This document shows positions 61,531-64,000 of a stretch of 64,000 nucleotides of DNA, one piece after another (the first letter of the stretch is position 1; each line of letters opens with the position of its first letter). Position numbers and translations under genes: made by a program. Below the pieces are notes generated by a model that saw only the letters and a list, made by a program, of their open reading frames with translations, did not search any database and was not told where the DNA came from. The DNA is from Macrostomum lignano (Eukaryota). The stretch is from the NCBI GenBank assembly GCA_002269645.1, contig NIVC01002870.1:62001-126000 (forward strand). The letters run 5' to 3'.

Positions 61531-61825
61531 GGCAATGGTTAGAGTTCTGGCACAGGAACCCATTTTCTAATGGCTACAGATCTGGCAGTGCCATTATAAT
61601 ATAGATGGAACATTATATTTTTCTTTCTACAGGTGGCTGATATTGAGATTTTGTTCTAGATTAAAATTTAAGACGATATGATATGATAAGATTCGGGACG
61701 AGATGCTTCTAATATTTAGAATTCTTAAGATATGTTCTTAGCAGTCTTTATATGCTTCTATATGGCACTGCCAGATCCTTAGCTGTTAGAAAATGGGTTC
61801 CAGTGCTAGAATTCTAGCCATTACC
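61531..61825. mobile_element. Second MULE-type MITE, ~295 bp, ~68-bp TIRs
   Basis: GG(C/T)AATGG..AGA.TTCT.GCAC.GGAACCCATTTTCTAA..GCTA..GATCTGGCAGTGCCAT occurs in inverted orientation at both ends; flanks CCAACAAAC / CATACAAAC match at 7/9. Confidence 0.78.
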
Positions 61826-64000
61826 CATACAAACAAGGTCTTGTCATTCTACTAGCATTGAACCCGACATACACTAATATACAATCAAAACTATAGCATG
61901 TTTATTTAAAGGCCCAAAAAGCCTATGTGGCATAGTGCATAGCTCCTATAGTTAGAAAAATGGTCTTTTTCATAGAAAATTCTGGCACAAAAAGTAGCCA
62001 AGTTCAAGGCTAACATAATTGTATAGTTAAATATCAACCAACGTAGAAGGCTCTTTAAAAATAATCAGAAACTAAAATAGAAAATATGAACGCAATCACG
62101 AGAAAATCAAAATTAAAACAAAGAAGATCAGTTTTTAGCAAAAACAGCTGTTTTCAAGTTTAGTAAAAGTTTTGAGCTCCTAAAAATATATATTAGTTAA
62201 AAAATGGCGTATAAACAATTTTAGTTTCGGCATAAAATTTTTATTTTGTTTTATGTCTGTAAAATTGAAAAACATGAATTTTCATTCTGGCGTACGCCTG
62301 CCATGATCCGGACTATGGTCTTACAGTGGTGGCATACCAAAAAATTTAGTATGTACTGCTTTGTGGAGCATATCAAAAAACTTTGCTGACTCTGTAGTAT
62401 ATGCCAAAAATTTTTTGGTACACATTTGAAAAACCTCAAAATGCAAAGCATGCAAATTAAAAAAATATTTGGTTGTCAGTATTCATAGTTGTCATGCAGT
62501 GTACATGCCATAGTATGATTGTGTATATGCATAATATATATGATTATTTATTTTATAGATTTATATTCTATTTAAAAAATTGAATCAGACCTTCTGTATA
62601 AGATTACAGTCTTTTTCCCTCCTAGTCTATTTGCACATATACTATGTATTTATTTGGCATCAGTGTGCATTTGGTTTAGGATATTCTGGTGTTCACTCAG
62701 CATGATCTAGACTATGGGATTACTAATTAAAAATATTTTGGTATTCTCCATTCTACTTATGTAGCAATGTGAATCGAATTCAGAGCTGCAACTCTGCTAA
62801 ATGCGGTTTGTTCTGTCTCTTGTTTGCCTATCAAAAGTTTCATTTCAAGCGCTCGTTTGAGTGGGTAGTGTGCAACGTTTTTACTGCTTTTGAATTCAAA
62901 AGTTAAGTTAATATTTACAAAACAAGAAAAAACTTTTTATAACTCTCCCTTCTCTATAAAGCTTTCACTTGTTCTAGCACTAAAGTGACTTGATAGCATA
63001 GTGTCTAAAACTTGTCTATAAAAGACCTAAAGCTGATAGGTGTTTTGGCTAAGACAAATAAGAAATAAAAAGTAATTAGATCAACTATCCCGTTTTTAAA
63101 AAAGTATTTTTTTGCTATTGTCTTTTAGATAAAACATATTAAGTAAATAAAAATTCAAATAGAACCATCTAAATACTCTTAAGATATACTGTATACTTGC
63201 TTAAACCTATCTACAATATGGCCTATCATTACTTAGGAATGTATAGTCTAGACTAGAATTTTAGAATTCTTTCTAGACTTTCTGGACTTAAAACTATATG
63301 ATAGCACTTGTATATTTAAAAGTTGGATAAATAGCTTTTTGTAACCATATATGAAATTTTATGAAATAACAATTGTAGTTATAAAACAAAAATATTTAGT
63401 ACACGAAGCTAAAACACAAAAAATTGAAAGTATAGAATTTACAATTTTATATTAGGCCCCTATATGTATTGCATATCATTAATGAAGCAAAGCATAAGGA
63501 TAAAGTTTAATTGTGATGGTTTTGCATGGCATATCCTCTCTTCAAATGACAAACTGTTGAGTCTAGTAATCTTGTGAAATATATAAATATTTGCAGTTGA
63601 ACATCTAAACTAGGGAATATTATATAGCATACTTTTCTCCACCTTTCTATACTTTTTTAGCCTCATCATCATCCTCATCAGATGGCAGCTCAGACAATCA
63701 TTCTGAAAATGAGTCCTCAGTGACCACAAAGAGGAAACTACCTGATCGGGGTATTATGGCTCAGTGTGTAAGCTTCTGATGTTTATATTTTGTTGGCTTC
63801 CAATTTTTTCCATGAAGTTAAGAAACAACTATAAACTCATATAGTTTATTGGAATTAAATAACATTTCAAAATAGTCAAGCCTACACATACTAGTAATAG
63901 TAGTTATTTTTTTGTCAAACTGAAATATTGAACTGCAGTAGCAGACTGCATTAGAGGAGGACCGGGATCAGTGTCAGGGACCGCACTGAGGACCAGGGGG

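Noticed and set aside
63661-63751. Exon-like Ser/acidic stretch (SSSSSDGSSDNHSENESSVTTKRKLPDRG)
   Set aside because: No neighbouring exons or family signal within the window.

Overview
Animal (bilaterian invertebrate) genomic DNA with GC-rich exons and GT-AG introns. The compositional style, with poly-Q/A exons and introns packed with minisatellites, resembles the flatworm Macrostomum, but that is inference only. I reconstructed four spliced genes by hand: RMI1 (minus, 549-8118, start exon not located), an endophilin B lacking its SH3 domain (plus, 18913-21542), a type II transmembrane collagen of the XIII/XXIII/XXV (MACIT) family with an unusual polybasic C-terminal extension (minus, 23922-47940, 15 exons), and an hnRNP Q/R (Syncrip)-like 3-RRM protein (minus, 53084-56128). 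Mobile DNA includes a LOA-like LINE whose ORF1 is fused in frame to the RT with no endonuclease, a CORE-SINE, two 8-bp-TSD MITEs, two MULE-type MITEs, and a Helitron-like tandem element that appears to have seeded a 5.7-kb satellite. There are also about 25 mini/microsatellites, including a 6.4-kb GATA array. Two separate fragments of the 28S rRNA R2/I-PpoI target region occur outside rDNA, one of them inside a MITE. Most long ORFs in the supplied track are artefacts of tandem repeats. Family assignments rest on remembered reference sequences, not database searches.
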